A stretch of DNA of 64,000 bases from Cystobasidiomycetes sp. EMM_F5 (lineage: Eukaryota). Numbering within the stretch: position 1 is the first letter of the stretch; each line of letters starts with the position of its first letter. A program made the translations under genes and the position numbers. Below the pieces are notes generated by a model. It made no database searches, had not been told where the DNA came from, and saw only the letters and a list, made by a program, of their open reading frames with translations. The stretch spans positions 372,001 to 436,000 of the forward strand of contig JBPGPT010000006.1 of NCBI GenBank assembly GCA_051047955.1, written 5' to 3'. Below are positions 26,085-37,905 of this stretch, piece after piece.

Positions 26085-27389
26085 ATGCCTCGCAAAATCA
26101 TTCCAGAAATTCCAGCCGACATCGTCAATCGGATATTCGACATCATCGAGGCTGCGCAGGTGTACAGCCACCTGGAATGGCAACTGCAAAACAGAACTCA
26201 CCGCGACGTATGGAACAGACTTGGTCTAGTGTCTAAAGCCTGGCACAATCTCGTCGTACGTCGTCCGTACATAATAGACATACGCAGCCCGCGCGATTTC
26301 GATATTTGCCTCCAACATATTCAGCACAACTTCAGGAGGGAAAGTTTCCGGATCGTGTATGACGTGCTACAATTCAAAGACATACAGCGGGTGCACCGAG
26401 AAATAGCGTGCAACGTTACTCATCTGGCCGTGCCAGCCGCGGTTTTCGAGAGATCCACAGATACGGCACGCCTTCTCCTCCAGAAAGCTCATTCATTCAA
26501 GTCTATCGTGCTGTTTCACAGTGGAACCCACCTGAGCGCCGAAAATATGATCCTTTTGCTACAACAGCTGTCCGCAGCCCGCAACCTTTGCGATCTTCGC
26601 TTGGACTTTGAAATTGCAGGCAGCCTAGACGACGTCCCGCTTCTACCGACATTTCGGGTACTTCGAAGTTTGTCGTTGGCCATAGGTGAATGCGATGACT
26701 ACAACCTAGCCAAGCAAATCGCAGGCTGCTTTCAACCGACCGTGCGAGACTTGCACCTCCGAGGTCAGATCGAAATCGCGTTCCTTCACATACTGGGTTT
26801 GCGCATCGAAGCACTTCATTGGGAGTGTGTAGACCTCGTGGACTTCTACGACGCGCTCGGATGCAACATAGTAGCGTTGCACGCAGTTGGGAGAGACATT
26901 GCTTTTCATCATCTGTGCAGTCTTACACTGGAGATAAGAGACGAAGAAGAGGATTTGTATTACGACGAAGAAGACGACGGCTACTTGACTATTCCCGACC
27001 ACAAACTTCAAAGCGTATGGAGCCGGATGCTACCTGGCACGCTTAGATCACTGCATCTTATTAACATTCCCCCACAAGCGACCGCTTGGTTGTGGAAGCA
27101 GTTCGCAGACGATAGTCGATTTCTCCCGCTTCTTGACACGATGCCCAACTTGCCTTGGCCGAAGAGGGGAAAGCATCTTCTTCGTTACCTGCGGGAAGTA
27201 GGTGTCAGCACGTACGCGCTCGAGAGCGGCGCGCAGGAAGTCCGAGGGCCCGTCGAACGGTTTGCACGCGATAAGCGTGCATGTTTGCAGCGCGCTTGAA
27301 GCGTAAGGAATTCGGCGCTATCCTCGCTCCGCTCTCGAGGCCTGTCTGTCGATCAAGCTCATGTCCAGCTGTCGCTTTGGGTAGAATGA
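26085..27389 (+). CDS. F-box-like/LRR-like protein, tandem array copy 4; the family C-terminus lies beyond an in-frame stop or intron
   Basis: IPADIVNRIFDIIE...WNRLGLVSKAWHNL, LRR-like repeats, NIPPQA...FLPLL..MP.L. The family tail ALSSLRSRG...LSLWVE* follows the TGA at 27297-27299. Confidence 0.7.
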
Positions 27390-27497
27390 CGCAAGCGAAT
27401 GGCACCCTAAAGTCCATTCTTCCGTTTTAGACGTAATGGGATCAGCTCTCCACGAGGCTTCATATCTTGTTGCCACTCGGTGAGTCCTTAGTGAGCT

Positions 27498-28359
27498 TTA
27501 CTGCCTGTACAACAAATCCGTCCGAACGGTATACTTTACTCCTGAAACTACTGGCTCTCCCGAATGCAACAGCCCTTCGTGCTGGAAGATGAGGACCCTT
27601 CCTCTTCTTGGCTCGACGTCGACCCTTCTTTCGCCTCTCTTGTCCCAGAACGATGTTGCTCCACCTGATCCTTCCGGTGCGTCCGACAGATACAAGTGCA
27701 AGGTATAGAAGGTAGTTTCCTTCTCATCGGGCGTTGTGTACTGGCCATCGTAGTGCTCTGAGAATTTGTCACGTTCAGAAGTTGCTTGGTGTGTCAGACA
27801 GCGCACTTACTGGAAAAGAAATGACCCGGACCGTACTTTAGAAATCGCAATCGCTCATTCACTCTGCTGAACGTCCAGCTTCCGCCTTCGTCATCCTCGC
27901 ATCTTCCAATTTTCTGCAATAGTGCGGCTTCTTGATTGTTCTGACATCGAGCCCAGATGCGTTTTACAATGGTCGCAGAATCCCAAATGATGCGTTCGCT
28001 GTCCCTGCGGATCCGTCTTGTCAACAGCGCACTATTTATGACATGCGATCTGCTCACCGATAGTTGGCGATACGAGCCTCCATGCCATTGCCGACGTTCA
28101 CCAGTGCAGGTTGCCAGCTTTTTTGCCCGGCAGACTGCTCGGCTAGCGAGATCAATTCCGCACATTCGTACGGTGATAGCACGTTGTCCAAAACTATTGC
28201 AAACTTTCCTGCATACTCGGGAAGGGGACTGTTCGCGAAATCGATTTGCTTGACGGTGACAGGCTGTGCATCCGAAGGTGCATCGGTGAGGAAGGTATCT
28301 GGGATTGCAACATCGCAGGAGGAGTAGATGACGCGGACAGGCTTGTTCGAAGTGAACAT
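27498..28359 (-). CDS. 2OG-Fe(II) oxygenase, prolyl 4-hydroxylase-like
   Basis: LDNVLSPYEC, NERLRFLKYGPGHFF, HxD (HYD), TLHLYLSD...GGATSF, distal His and Arg in FQHEGLLHSGEPVVSGVKYTVRTD. Two introns. Confidence 0.9.
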
Positions 28360-28630
28360 GACTACAGGTTGAATGGGTAATGTTGGTGAAAGACAAGGGT
28401 CAAACAGAGCGGCCTGACTTTCTCGTCAGTGACTCAGGCCGCAGGCGGCACAGCCTGACGTGACTCCAGCTTTCGACTTCCAGCTTCTCGGGGTTGTGAA
28501 TATCAAGTGTTTGAGTGATGTTTAGTACTTGTCAGGTCTGCGTATACGAACGTGTCAGTCTGGACTGTCAGCTTTTGTGGTCATTGGATATCCGTTGCCA
28601 CTGCAGCAGCCAGTCTTCAATGCCCCAACC

Positions 28631-30569
28631 ATGGTCGTACTTGCACCTGAACTTCTGCGCAGTATATTAGTATGCCTGGATCCATGTGAACCGCTGTCTG
28701 GCGTTACAGTCTGCCGCTTCCAGGCGTGCTGCCGCGACTTTAACGATGTCGGCAGCGATGATGTCTTGTGGCAGGGACTTCTCACAGGAAGATGGCATCG
28801 ATACAAGTCTCGCGGGGAGTTGGCTCGACTGGCACTGGTTTGCCGTCCGGGAAGCAAGGCGGACTTGAAGATTTGGAAGATCACATACGGCCAGAGACAT
28901 GTTTGCGACCGCGATGCCTTGGATAGCGTAAACAGGATCACGAATCTGACCTGCGGGCGGCTACGACACGCAAGAAGAATTCTAGAAGATTACAGGATGG
29001 ACGTCTTTGATGCTCTGCTGGCTCAACAGAGGCGCCTTCTCGCATCAACGTCCCCCTATGACGCACTGACTGCTAAACTATGGCTACGAGATATCCTAGA
29101 TGCTCTGCGAAGGGCCGAATCCCTTGGCTGGTGGGCTAGTATGCTCTTTGAGAACAACAGTCACTCGACCATTCGGGCAATCAGCGTCTTTTCCGGGTTT
29201 CGCGGCGCTGACAACATCGAAATCGAAGACAAGTTTGATAGATTGGCTTTAGCTACACGGCAATCACTTGGCAAAGACTACCTCGCTTCTCGACCAGATC
29301 AACGCGAAGTCGCAAGGGGCATATGCAGGGTGATGCGGGAGCATGGTATCTTCCCCGCCCAGCCACAAGATTTCCACAAGCTAAACAACAACTTTATAAG
29401 TCTCGTTATCGATGGGTAGGTGTCGTCTCGCATGACGTAACAGGCCTCGACTGACGTGCTCCCACAGGCCAATGTCCACTCTTCCGATGTCTTTGGTCTG
29501 CATTTTCTGCGCTATCGCAACGCGGATCGGCCTAGAAGCAGATGTGGTCGGTTTCCCTGGTCGCATCTTGTGCCGCGTGTCTGGGTGGACGGCTGACAAG
29601 CTACCGAGCACAACAGACGACGCGGAAGCAAGCGAAACAACATTCCATGTCCTGGATATATTCGACGATGGTGCCGTGTTGACTGAGGACGAAATATCTC
29701 GACGATTGTCAGCTATCGGTATCCCACCATCTCAAGCTGGCAACTTTCTACGCCAAGCATCTCCTCAGGAGATAGTCGCTCGGATCGCTCGTAATATCAT
29801 CACATCGCTTAATGCCGAAGACGTCACACAGTCAACCGTTTCAGACACTCGTCGATCTGCACACGCTGCAGTGGCTGCGTTGGTCACCCTACAACCCAAC
29901 AACCTGATTGATGCACTCCCGAATATGCTTCACCAGTTTCCGGCCGATGTCTACAGTATCAAGAACAACTACGTCCCTCTAGCGAGACGACAGGGAATCG
30001 AAAGTGATATACTAGTCGAGCGACTCATGCGGGTTCATAATTCTATACTCGAAGCAGATGCTAAAGCTCCAGAGCCGAGGTTTCGTCAACAAGAACGTAA
30101 CATAGCGCTCGGCGACGACAAGGACGTGCTACATTACGTCGGTACGATCTTTAGACACCGTAGATTTGGCTATGTAGGCATAATAAAGAGCTGGGACCCA
30201 CGCTGCTGCGCAAGCGAGACGTGGATGCAAGATAACAACATCGACCGTCTGGACAATGGAGGACGAAAGCAGCCTTTCTACCCGATATGCGCCGACGACG
30301 GATCGGAGCGCTACATTGCACAAATCAACGTAATGCCAATGAAGTCGGTAGCTGCAGAAACGCTGCATCGCCTGATACGATGTCACGATGACTTGGGTCT
30401 ACTATTCGATCGTGTCGACCCGGATCATGCTATATTTGTGATGAACGAGTGTGCGCGGGCGGAATACCCCGAAGACGCAGCTTGGCAGGATCAGCTGTTG
30501 ACATCAGAGCAGGATCTTCTTGCGAATGAGGGTGAGGCTCGCTGCGCATCGGTGAGCGCAGACTCTTGA
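28631..30569 (+). CDS. FBXO21-like protein: F-box + transglutaminase-like (SirB1) + YccV/hemimethylated-DNA-binding domain
   Basis: N-terminal F-box (LAPELLRSIL...SDDVLW), TLPMSLVCIFCAIATRIGL...VGFPG, and YccV motifs YVGTIFRHRRFGYVGIIKSWD...QPFY...RYIAQ.N. One intron. Confidence 0.88.
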
Positions 30570-30799
30570 GATACACTCTGGAGCGTCCAATGAAGCCGTC
30601 CCTCTTCTTTGTGCCAGCTTGGTCGCATCAGGAGGACATATAGTGCGCCCTCTAGAAGCTTACACATGTAGCATAATCCATTCACTACACAGCGTCCATA
30701 TGTCTTGAGTAGTACAGATTGTTTTACATCAACATTGTACAAACGAGTCGAAGGAGATGATAGTCGGGCGAGGAAAGTTGTGCAACTTGTGACGAGGCG

Positions 30800-31415
30800 T
30801 CATGAGGCAGGTGGTTCTTCGCCAAAAGCATTATCGGGTACTGCCGTCTGCTGTGCGCTGAGCCCGCCCGCGAGTAGATATGTGAACGTGCCTGGTCGCT
30901 TGTCTCGAGGGTCTGCCGTCTCATAAGCGACTGGCAGAATTCATCGCAAGTTCAGCATGACCAGCGAGCGAATGTATGAGTCACGGAAATCACCTAATAA
31001 TTCGCATCGTGGACATCTTCGCCTCCATTGCTTTTCGTACCCATTCGGCCGCTGGACGTATACCGCCTCTTTATCGGTGTGCGCATTGAGTTTGTAGACG
31101 TGCTTTGCGCCGTATTGCTCGGTTGTCGTGTTCCGGAGAATGTAGGACTTGTCGGTAGGGTTTCTTGCGAGGTTGTCTAGTTCAACGTTTCCGACAAGCT
31201 TGTACAGGAATACGCATCAGCCAAGAGTGGCAGTGTAATGTGTATACTACCCACGATGTATTCTCCGCACAGACAGTAGTATGTTGGCAGGACCGTTGCG
31301 ACTGTGCTGTCGCTTTGCTGGTTGATGCAGCAGAATGTCAAAAAGCGCAAGTGCAGCTTAACGCTGTATCGCGCACACTGATGTTCGTCCGGGATAATCT
31401 ACCCTGAGGCGGCAT
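30800..31415 (-). CDS. STEEP1/CXorf56 (UPF0428) homolog, 4 exons, absent from the ORF track
   Basis: Spliced product MPPQGRLSRTNIS...TYYCLCGEYILV...LARNPTDKSYIL...GYEKQWRRRCPRCELLVAYE...FTYLLAGGLS. Confidence 0.85.
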
Positions 31416-31690
31416 GGTGCAGTAGATAACCACCTAATGTAGCAGCAATTGGAAGTGGTTAGAAGCCAAGAATACACTGGACTCAAGTGATATTGGTGCG
31501 ATTTCGCTCGAGATGTATCATTGATATTGGCGATAGGTTGCGTATAATGACAACTGCAGCAACATGCAATACATCTATATGCTACAGAGCAGGCTTTGCC
31601 AATTGACTGTTACGCCTAAGTGAGTGGCGAACGCAGCTGGAGTGCGCAATGAACAAAGTCGTAGTGAGCAGGCAGAGATGAGGTATGCCT

Positions 31691-32196
31691 CTATTTCCGA
31701 AATCTGAAGAAGGCCTTGTACCTGCGGGCGTGTGAGCGAGCATCAAAAGCAATTTCGTGAGCCAAGATCTGTACGATCCGAGAAGTTGTCACCAAAACGT
31801 ACCAAGGCTCTTTCTCGCCTCGTTCCGCACGCTTCAAGCCGTCCATGAGGTTTACGTAGTGCTTTGGCGAGCCAGGAGGTGTCTTTGTCCTGTCACCCAG
31901 CGGGTACTGATTTCGACCAGACATCAGTCTACAGCCCAAAGAGATCGCAGACATCGAATACGACCAACTTGTCTTGCAATCTTGTTGGATAGAAGCCTAT
32001 CGAGTGCACGGACTAGCTCCTGCCCGTCTCGTATTGCAGACGTCGCAGCGGCAGACGTAGAAGCTTGCGACCACGCCGGCTGGGAATCTGCAATTTTGGT
32101 GATGGCTTCGCTGAACTGATGGTTTGGACGGATAGCGTCCCTTGGCCATTGCGACGCTACTCGTAGCAGCTGGCTCTTGACGGTCTGCGTAGCCAT
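31691..32196 (-). CDS. CBP6: Cytochrome b assembly factor CBP6/UQCC2
   Basis: WPRDAIRP, ALDRLLSNK...YPL...P.SPKHY..L...E. Three exons. Confidence 0.8.
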
Positions 32197-32273
32197 ACTT
32201 GAAATCAGTTGAAGTCGAAATCAGACTCAAGGCAACCAAACCATCGTCACTGTTCAGACTGAGACCAATCTGC

Positions 32274-33608
32274 ATGCAAACCAGACTGCAAAGCCTACGT
32301 TCATTTCTGCGGACGCTGAGCTCTTCCATGACATCTGGTCAACATGCGCAGAGCAGGATCCTAGCTTGCGACTCTGCCTCAATATCCTTCTCTGCCGACG
32401 GTCAACCGAGCTTCAGCAACGAAGAAACTGGTCAAAATATCAAAAGAGCTGCACAAGAATTACGAAACAGCTCACTCGTAGCATTTCCTACGGAAACAGT
32501 CTATGGACTAGGTGGCTCGGCATTGCCAGACAGCACGGCCATCCCAAAAATCTACAGCACCAAAGGCCGTCCGTCTGATAACCCACTCATTGTCCATGTG
32601 GCGTCAAGAAGCCAGCTCGACAAGCTCGTACATCCTGCACACCGAAATTCTCTACCGAGATGCTATGAGTCCCTCATTGCTAAATTCTGGCCGGGGCCTC
32701 TAACGCTGCTCGTCCCAACTATTCCAGGCGAGCTGGTTTCGCATCGAGTCACGGCTGGCCTAACCACAGTCGGCGTCCGTATGCCAGCACATCCAGTCGC
32801 AAGAGCACTGATAGCGACAGCCGATGTCCCTGTGGCTGCTCCGAGCGCAAATACGAGCGGCCGGCCTTCACCAACGACAGCTCAACATGTCCAAGATGAC
32901 CTTCGAGGAAAGCCAGATCTTGCATACATCCTGGACGGCGGAAGTTGTCAAGTTGGTCTGGAGAGCACAGTCGTGTCGGCTTTGCCTCATATGCAGGACG
33001 ACCATATAGCAGCAGAGCACATGTCCAACGGACATTTATGTAAAGAGACATTGCGCATTCTTCGTTTAGGCGGAGTGTCGCCAGAGGAGCTGCAGCGATG
33101 TTTACAAGACGCTGGGTTGAGCGAGAGAGTGGATCTCCAGATCGCGACTCCGCATAGCTCTTCATCATCCTCATCTGCTAAGCCCGATGATCCAGAACAG
33201 CCGCAACCAGACTTTGTTCCATCCACGCCAGGGATGAAGTACAAGCACTACTCGCCTACTGCGAGGGTTGTACTGCTAAGGCAGAGCGATAAGGAACACG
33301 CCGAAGCAGTCGAGACGGTACTCGAGTCGTTCTCTGGCAAGAAGCTTGGGTTGCTTTATCTTGAGTCATCCCTTCTGACAGAGCGACTGCAGAACGAGAC
33401 GTCGTACACAGCTCGAGTATCTCTTGGGTCGGCATGCGACTATGCTACGCAAGCCCAACGCTTGTTTTCGGGACTTCGCGATATCGATGCAGCAGGAGTA
33501 GACGTGATCCTGGTCGAGTGTGTCAAGGAGGAAGGATTGGGTCGGACAGTCATGGAACGCCTAGGCAAGGCAGCTGGTAATGTGCAACCGCTCGACGTGC
33601 GGGTGTAG
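32274..33608 (+). CDS. SUA5: Threonylcarbamoyl-AMP synthase SUA5
   Basis: VAFPTETVYGLG, KGRPSDNPLIVH, FWPGPLTL, AAPSANTSGRPSPT, GLESTV, PGMKYKHYSP. Intronless. Confidence 0.96.
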   Translation: MQTRLQSLRSFLRTLSSSMTSGQHAQSRILACDSASISFSADGQPSFSNEETGQNIKRAAQELRNSSLVAFPTETVYGLGGSALPDSTAIPKIYSTKGRPSDNPLIVHVASRSQLDKLVHPAHRNSLPRCYESLIAKFWPGPLTLLVPTIPGELVSHRVTAGLTTVGVRMPAHPVARALIATADVPVAAPSANTSGRPSPTTAQHVQDDLRGKPDLAYILDGGSCQVGLESTVVSALPHMQDDHIAAEHMSNGHLCKETLRILRLGGVSPEELQRCLQDAGLSERVDLQIATPHSSSSSSSAKPDDPEQPQPDFVPSTPGMKYKHYSPTARVVLLRQSDKEHAEAVETVLESFSGKKLGLLYLESSLLTERLQNETSYTARVSLGSACDYATQAQRLFSGLRDIDAAGVDVILVECVKEEGLGRTVMERLGKAAGNVQPLDVRV

Positions 33609-33804
33609 CAATAGACGGAGGGATACATGAGACTGGCCGACCAAGTTTAGAGATGACAGTGCAGTTTGCAGCGAAAAGGTGCAGTGCCTCGTGTTGTTGT
33701 AGACGAGTTCTTTCGAGTAATTGTTGGCATATTGCCTTGTATTCTGGCTGCAGTCTGCATCTCGTTGAAGGGGACTTTGGGAATAATGACAGTGTTGCCT
33801 GTTG

Positions 33805-34329
33805 TTATTCAGCTTCCTCTCCCCGCTGCTGCTTTGTGACGGTGTAGAATCCAGCCAAGTGTGTCTTGTTTGCAAGTCGAAGCAGCTCTCTCCCGCTGGC
33901 AGTCAGAGCATCCTTTGGAATATCCTCTGGCCTTCTGTTCCAATCCAACGGCATCCCCTCGCCTTCTGGCCATATGCGACCGTCTGGGAGGGTATCGTGA
34001 CTGTCGTGAGACGCAAGCGACGCATCTCGCACTCCTTCGACGAGTCGCACGAGCTCCTCGAGCTCCGCCTTCTTTTGCTGAAAAGCTAGACTGTCAGGAG
34101 GGGGAGGAGTCAGTGCAGCCAGCTTGTGCAGGTGCATAAACTGCTGGTCCGATATGGCTGGCTGGGGGAGACTGGCGAGGAATTGCTTGATGCTGTAGGC
34201 TGCCTTGACGGGGATGCCGTCCTCGTCGACGGGCGTGATGGAAGACTGGCCAGACAGCTGCCGACATATCAGCGTAGCGCATTGCCTGCACTGCGGTGAT
34301 CTCTGCAGTCTCAGTATCACAACTTGCAT
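33805..34329 (-). CDS. Mitochondrial Glu-tRNA(Gln) amidotransferase small subunit (GatC/GatF-like)
   Basis: Presequence-like N-terminus, then DGIP...YSI...L, HLHKLAAL.PP, LVRLVEGVR, DGRIW, GRELL.LA...GFY.V. Confidence 0.6.
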   Translation of the reverse strand: MQVVILRLQRSPQCRQCATLICRQLSGQSSITPVDEDGIPVKAAYSIKQFLASLPQPAISDQQFMHLHKLAALTPPPPDSLAFQQKKAELEELVRLVEGVRDASLASHDSHDTLPDGRIWPEGEGMPLDWNRRPEDIPKDALTASGRELLRLANKTHLAGFYTVTKQQRGEEAE

Positions 34330-34423
34330 TATGAATTGGAGCTGCGTCAACCCTCGAATGACCTGAATGACGCTGCTTGACTTGCTGTCGACCGCCATTT
34401 TATTTTGAATGAATATTTGATTC

Positions 34424-36989
34424 ATGTCTGGGCCACTCGACCCGCTGCAGGGTCTGGCGAGCATACCATCATCCTCCTCAGCATCCTCAGCCAGCAGCCC
34501 CCCAGCTACACCGTCAAAGTCGCGCATTCTCGCGAGACCCCCGCCATATCAACGACCCCCAGTCCAGCTGCCAGTTGCGCAGCCTCAGCAGCAGCAGCAG
34601 CAGCACCTACCGCCAGCCTCGCCGTTGAGCATTGCATCAACACCCGCGTCTTCATCCTCAGCGCCCTACTTTGCTGAACCATGGGCCGCAGCGCAGTCGT
34701 CAAAGTCGCCGATGGCTCCAAGACCACCGTTGCCAGGTCAGGCGCCTCGACCAGTGTCTCCGCTGAATGGGCCATCGTTCTTTCCACAGCCGCCAGCTGA
34801 AAGTCCGTTTGCACCGGCTAGCCCAAATGCTTGGGCGACGTCGACGTCTCCACCGCGGTCGTCTACGCAGGCTGGTGGTCCCAGCACAAGCACGAGCAAC
34901 AGCACCCTCACCCCCTCTACCGCTGATAATGCAGCCAGTCCAGCTCGCTTGCACAGTCCAGGTCTGCCCCGGTCGCCCGTCGTCGAAAGTCACAGACCAC
35001 TTAGTGGCAAGAATGGGCAACTCGCAGCACAGCAATCGCAACAGCCAAGAGTGCGCCCTCCTCCATCGTTGAAGGTGCGCATTCAAGGTATTGACAGAGC
35101 AAAGAAGGAGCTTGGGATTAAGATGGACGCTTCAGTCAGATACATACCCCGCCTGACGTATCGCAACTCGACCACTGACTCTTACGTCGACAGACAAACA
35201 TCCCAACATATCACAGACAACACTCTGCTATATTCGCTCGCACATACAATGAGTTTGCAGCTCTGCACAGTGCCCTATCAGCCAATCACCCTGAAACTAT
35301 CTTACCTGCAATGCCATTACCCCAGACGTCGGCTGTCAACACCGAAGACGAAGACCGCTATCTGCGCAACATATTCCAACGCTTCATGGACCGCATCTGC
35401 CGAGACAATGTCCTCGTCCTAGATGACGAACTGCGAGCCTTCGTTGAGGCAGACTTTGGGGTGAGTATCCATACTGTCAGATTATTGCTTGGTGTCCCCC
35501 GATCTCATCATACTTACGACAGTACGCACCAATAACACGAGCCAAGAAGCTGAGAGCAGGAACCGGCTTCCTCTCGCGCTCTACAAAACCATCTCCACTG
35601 AATGATAATGGCGAGCCAGACTTTCTAGTCAGCGCAAAGATACACTCTGCTGCACTAGAGTCTGCTCTTGGAGAGACGTCAAAAGCCTTGGAGAAGGACA
35701 TCAAGGCGGGAGTTGCCGCTGCTACCGCTTATGCCGACTTGAAAGTCAACCTGGCATCTTTTGCTACGACGGAAGCGCATCTGCCGCTATCGAATGCAAT
35801 GAAGGACTTGGCAGAGACCATGCAGGCTTTGGCGGAGCTAGAGGTGGGTCAGACGAACGCAGCCGCTCTTGTGCTGGGCGACGCTCTAGCGTACGAGACT
35901 GTCGAAGCGCGAGGTGCCAAAGAGGCATTATTGCAGAGGCAGTACAATCTGGACGATCTCACGTCGAGCATAAAGACGACTATCGGTAAACGGAGAGGGG
36001 TGGAGAAATTAAGGGGAAGCAGTGCGCCAAAGAGCGATCGTGTAAACGAAGCACTAGAAGATCTCGAAGAAGCCGAAAAGCATGAACAGGCGCTACAAGC
36101 TCGCGTTCAAGCCATATCTACAAACCTTCGACCGGCTCTGCAGACTCACTTGAGGACTATGAATGAGGATCTGCTCAATACCTTCCTGGCCAATGCTCGA
36201 ACTAACCTCGCTTACGAGACCAGGAGGTTACAGCATGTCACCGCAATCAATGACAAGCTACACAAGATTCCAGATCGAGTCGTAGCCGAATCTGTCTATG
36301 TCCATCCGCCTGCTTCACACACGTCTGCGGTAGCTTCGACGAGCAGCCCCGCAAAGGCCTCAGGGTTGGGCGCTACGCGAGTAATCTTGCCAGATGCAGC
36401 CGAACCGGTGCAGCTGCCACAGCCGCAGCCAGCCGAACGTGCCGCAGTTTCCCGCTTTGCTGCTAGAGAAGCGGAAATCAAGGCTCAGATGGCCGCATCT
36501 CAAACTATCAGTCCTTCTCCTTCTCGTAATGCACTCGCAGCGCCTTCATTGCCACGAGTAACACAAATACCGTCAGCGATGCCGGTACCCGCTGCAAGCC
36601 AGTCTAGCTCGAATCGATCACAGCAACCACAACAAGGCATGGCACAGTCCATGTACATACCATCAGCACGGACAGTATTATCTTCGATTCCCGCGCAACC
36701 TGAAAGAGTAGCCTATTCGCAGAATCCATTAGGCGACGCTAGTACTGCCCAGGTCACTCCGGCAGCATCCGGATATGCTGGGCCTACAAGCGGGCAGTCG
36801 CCGCATGCGAATCTGCAAGTTAACAGGAACGCCATGACGCAGTCTGTGATGCTCCCTGGACGTAATGCCAACGTCAGCGGGTATCCTGGTCAGCCGCATC
36901 TTGGCCGCCCTGTAACGCAGAACCCAGCCGATGAGCGAAAACGGGTTGATGCGAGAAAGGCGGCCAATCTACTTGCGGGCGCTCTCTAG
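34424..36989 (+). CDS. VPS17: Retromer sorting nexin VPS17-like (PX + BAR/Vps5 C-terminal)
   Basis: Pro/Ser-rich N-terminus; PX-like LKVRIQGIDR...RTYNEF.ALH.AL..NHPETILPAMP; helical BAR region (AKEALLQR, KSDRVNEALEDLEEA); ends RVDARKAANLLAGAL*. Confidence 0.75.
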
Positions 36990-37213
36990 GTTATTGCCGA
37001 ATCGGCGGTGCGCACACTCACGAAAAAATATAATGATCAGTGGTTTGTCAGTGAATCCGGTCGGAAGTGTTGTTTCGCTTTCTCCCAATTTTGAGAAGAT
37101 TACAATCTCTGTTTCGTGTGCTGTACAACAACATGACTGATTCCGAATGGTTCGTAAATGACTGCCTCGATGGGGATACGACAGGATGCGACAAGGTAAA
37201 GAAGGTGCAGTCG

Positions 37214-37905
37214 TTACGCACGCTGCACAGTGATGTTATAGCGCTTTGTGAATGCCTCAAACTCTGCAAGACAATGTCGGATAAGCGTCCAAAGCAATGT
37301 CTATTGGCAACGTCGGCATACCTTCTTCGCGCTTTTTATACGATGTTGATAATTGGTCTATCAGGTTTTGAATCTGAAACGGAAGTTTGGCACATCAGAA
37401 GGTTTCCAACGCATTGCAATCGACTGCGTGAGCCTACGCCTTGTAGGTTTGTCTGTAGCTGCGGCATGATGTCTTTAACTGTCCGCTGTACCAGAACGCC
37501 GCCAATCATTCGAAAGCATTTCCGGTCCGGATCTTCCTCCTTTACTTGGCGCAGTGTTTCCAAGACGAGTCTGCCAGCGAGCATTACATCAATATTGCGG
37601 ACATTGTGCAGCTGTTTTGAAATACATACGTATGTTCATCCGCGTCACGTTCTAATTCAGATACCTTATTGACAACTGTACGGGAAACGACAAGTCAGAA
37701 GAACGTGGGGTTTGGGCTCGTAGGGGAGCAAGCGCATACTCTCGGATAGTTCTGTCCGCCGTCTATTGTATTCTGATGTGAGCTCTGTTGCAAACGACAG
37801 TCAATCTCGAAATGCCATCTTCTACGTCGAGTCCGACAAACCCTGATCCGACGGCCTTGGTCCAGTGCTTCCGCTTCCAGTTGCTGGCTTTGCGCTGCTG
37901 CTCAT
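37214..37905 (-). CDS. GIM4: Prefoldin subunit 2, 6 exons
   Basis: Spliced KVSELERDADEHTLVLETL...DPDRKCFRMIGGVLVQRTVKDIMPQL...FTKRYNITVQRA*. Confidence 0.92.

Noticed and set aside
34586..34606. (CAG)n microsatellite; also (CAGTCT)3 near 46980
   Set aside because: Ordinary polyQ and QS coding tracts in disordered regions.
37061..37146. Possible branched hairpin (TCGGAA/TTCCGA, TGTTGT/ACAACA) between convergent 3' ends
   Set aside because: The stems are only 5-6 bp and match no RNA family I know. Not supportable without folding or covariation analysis.
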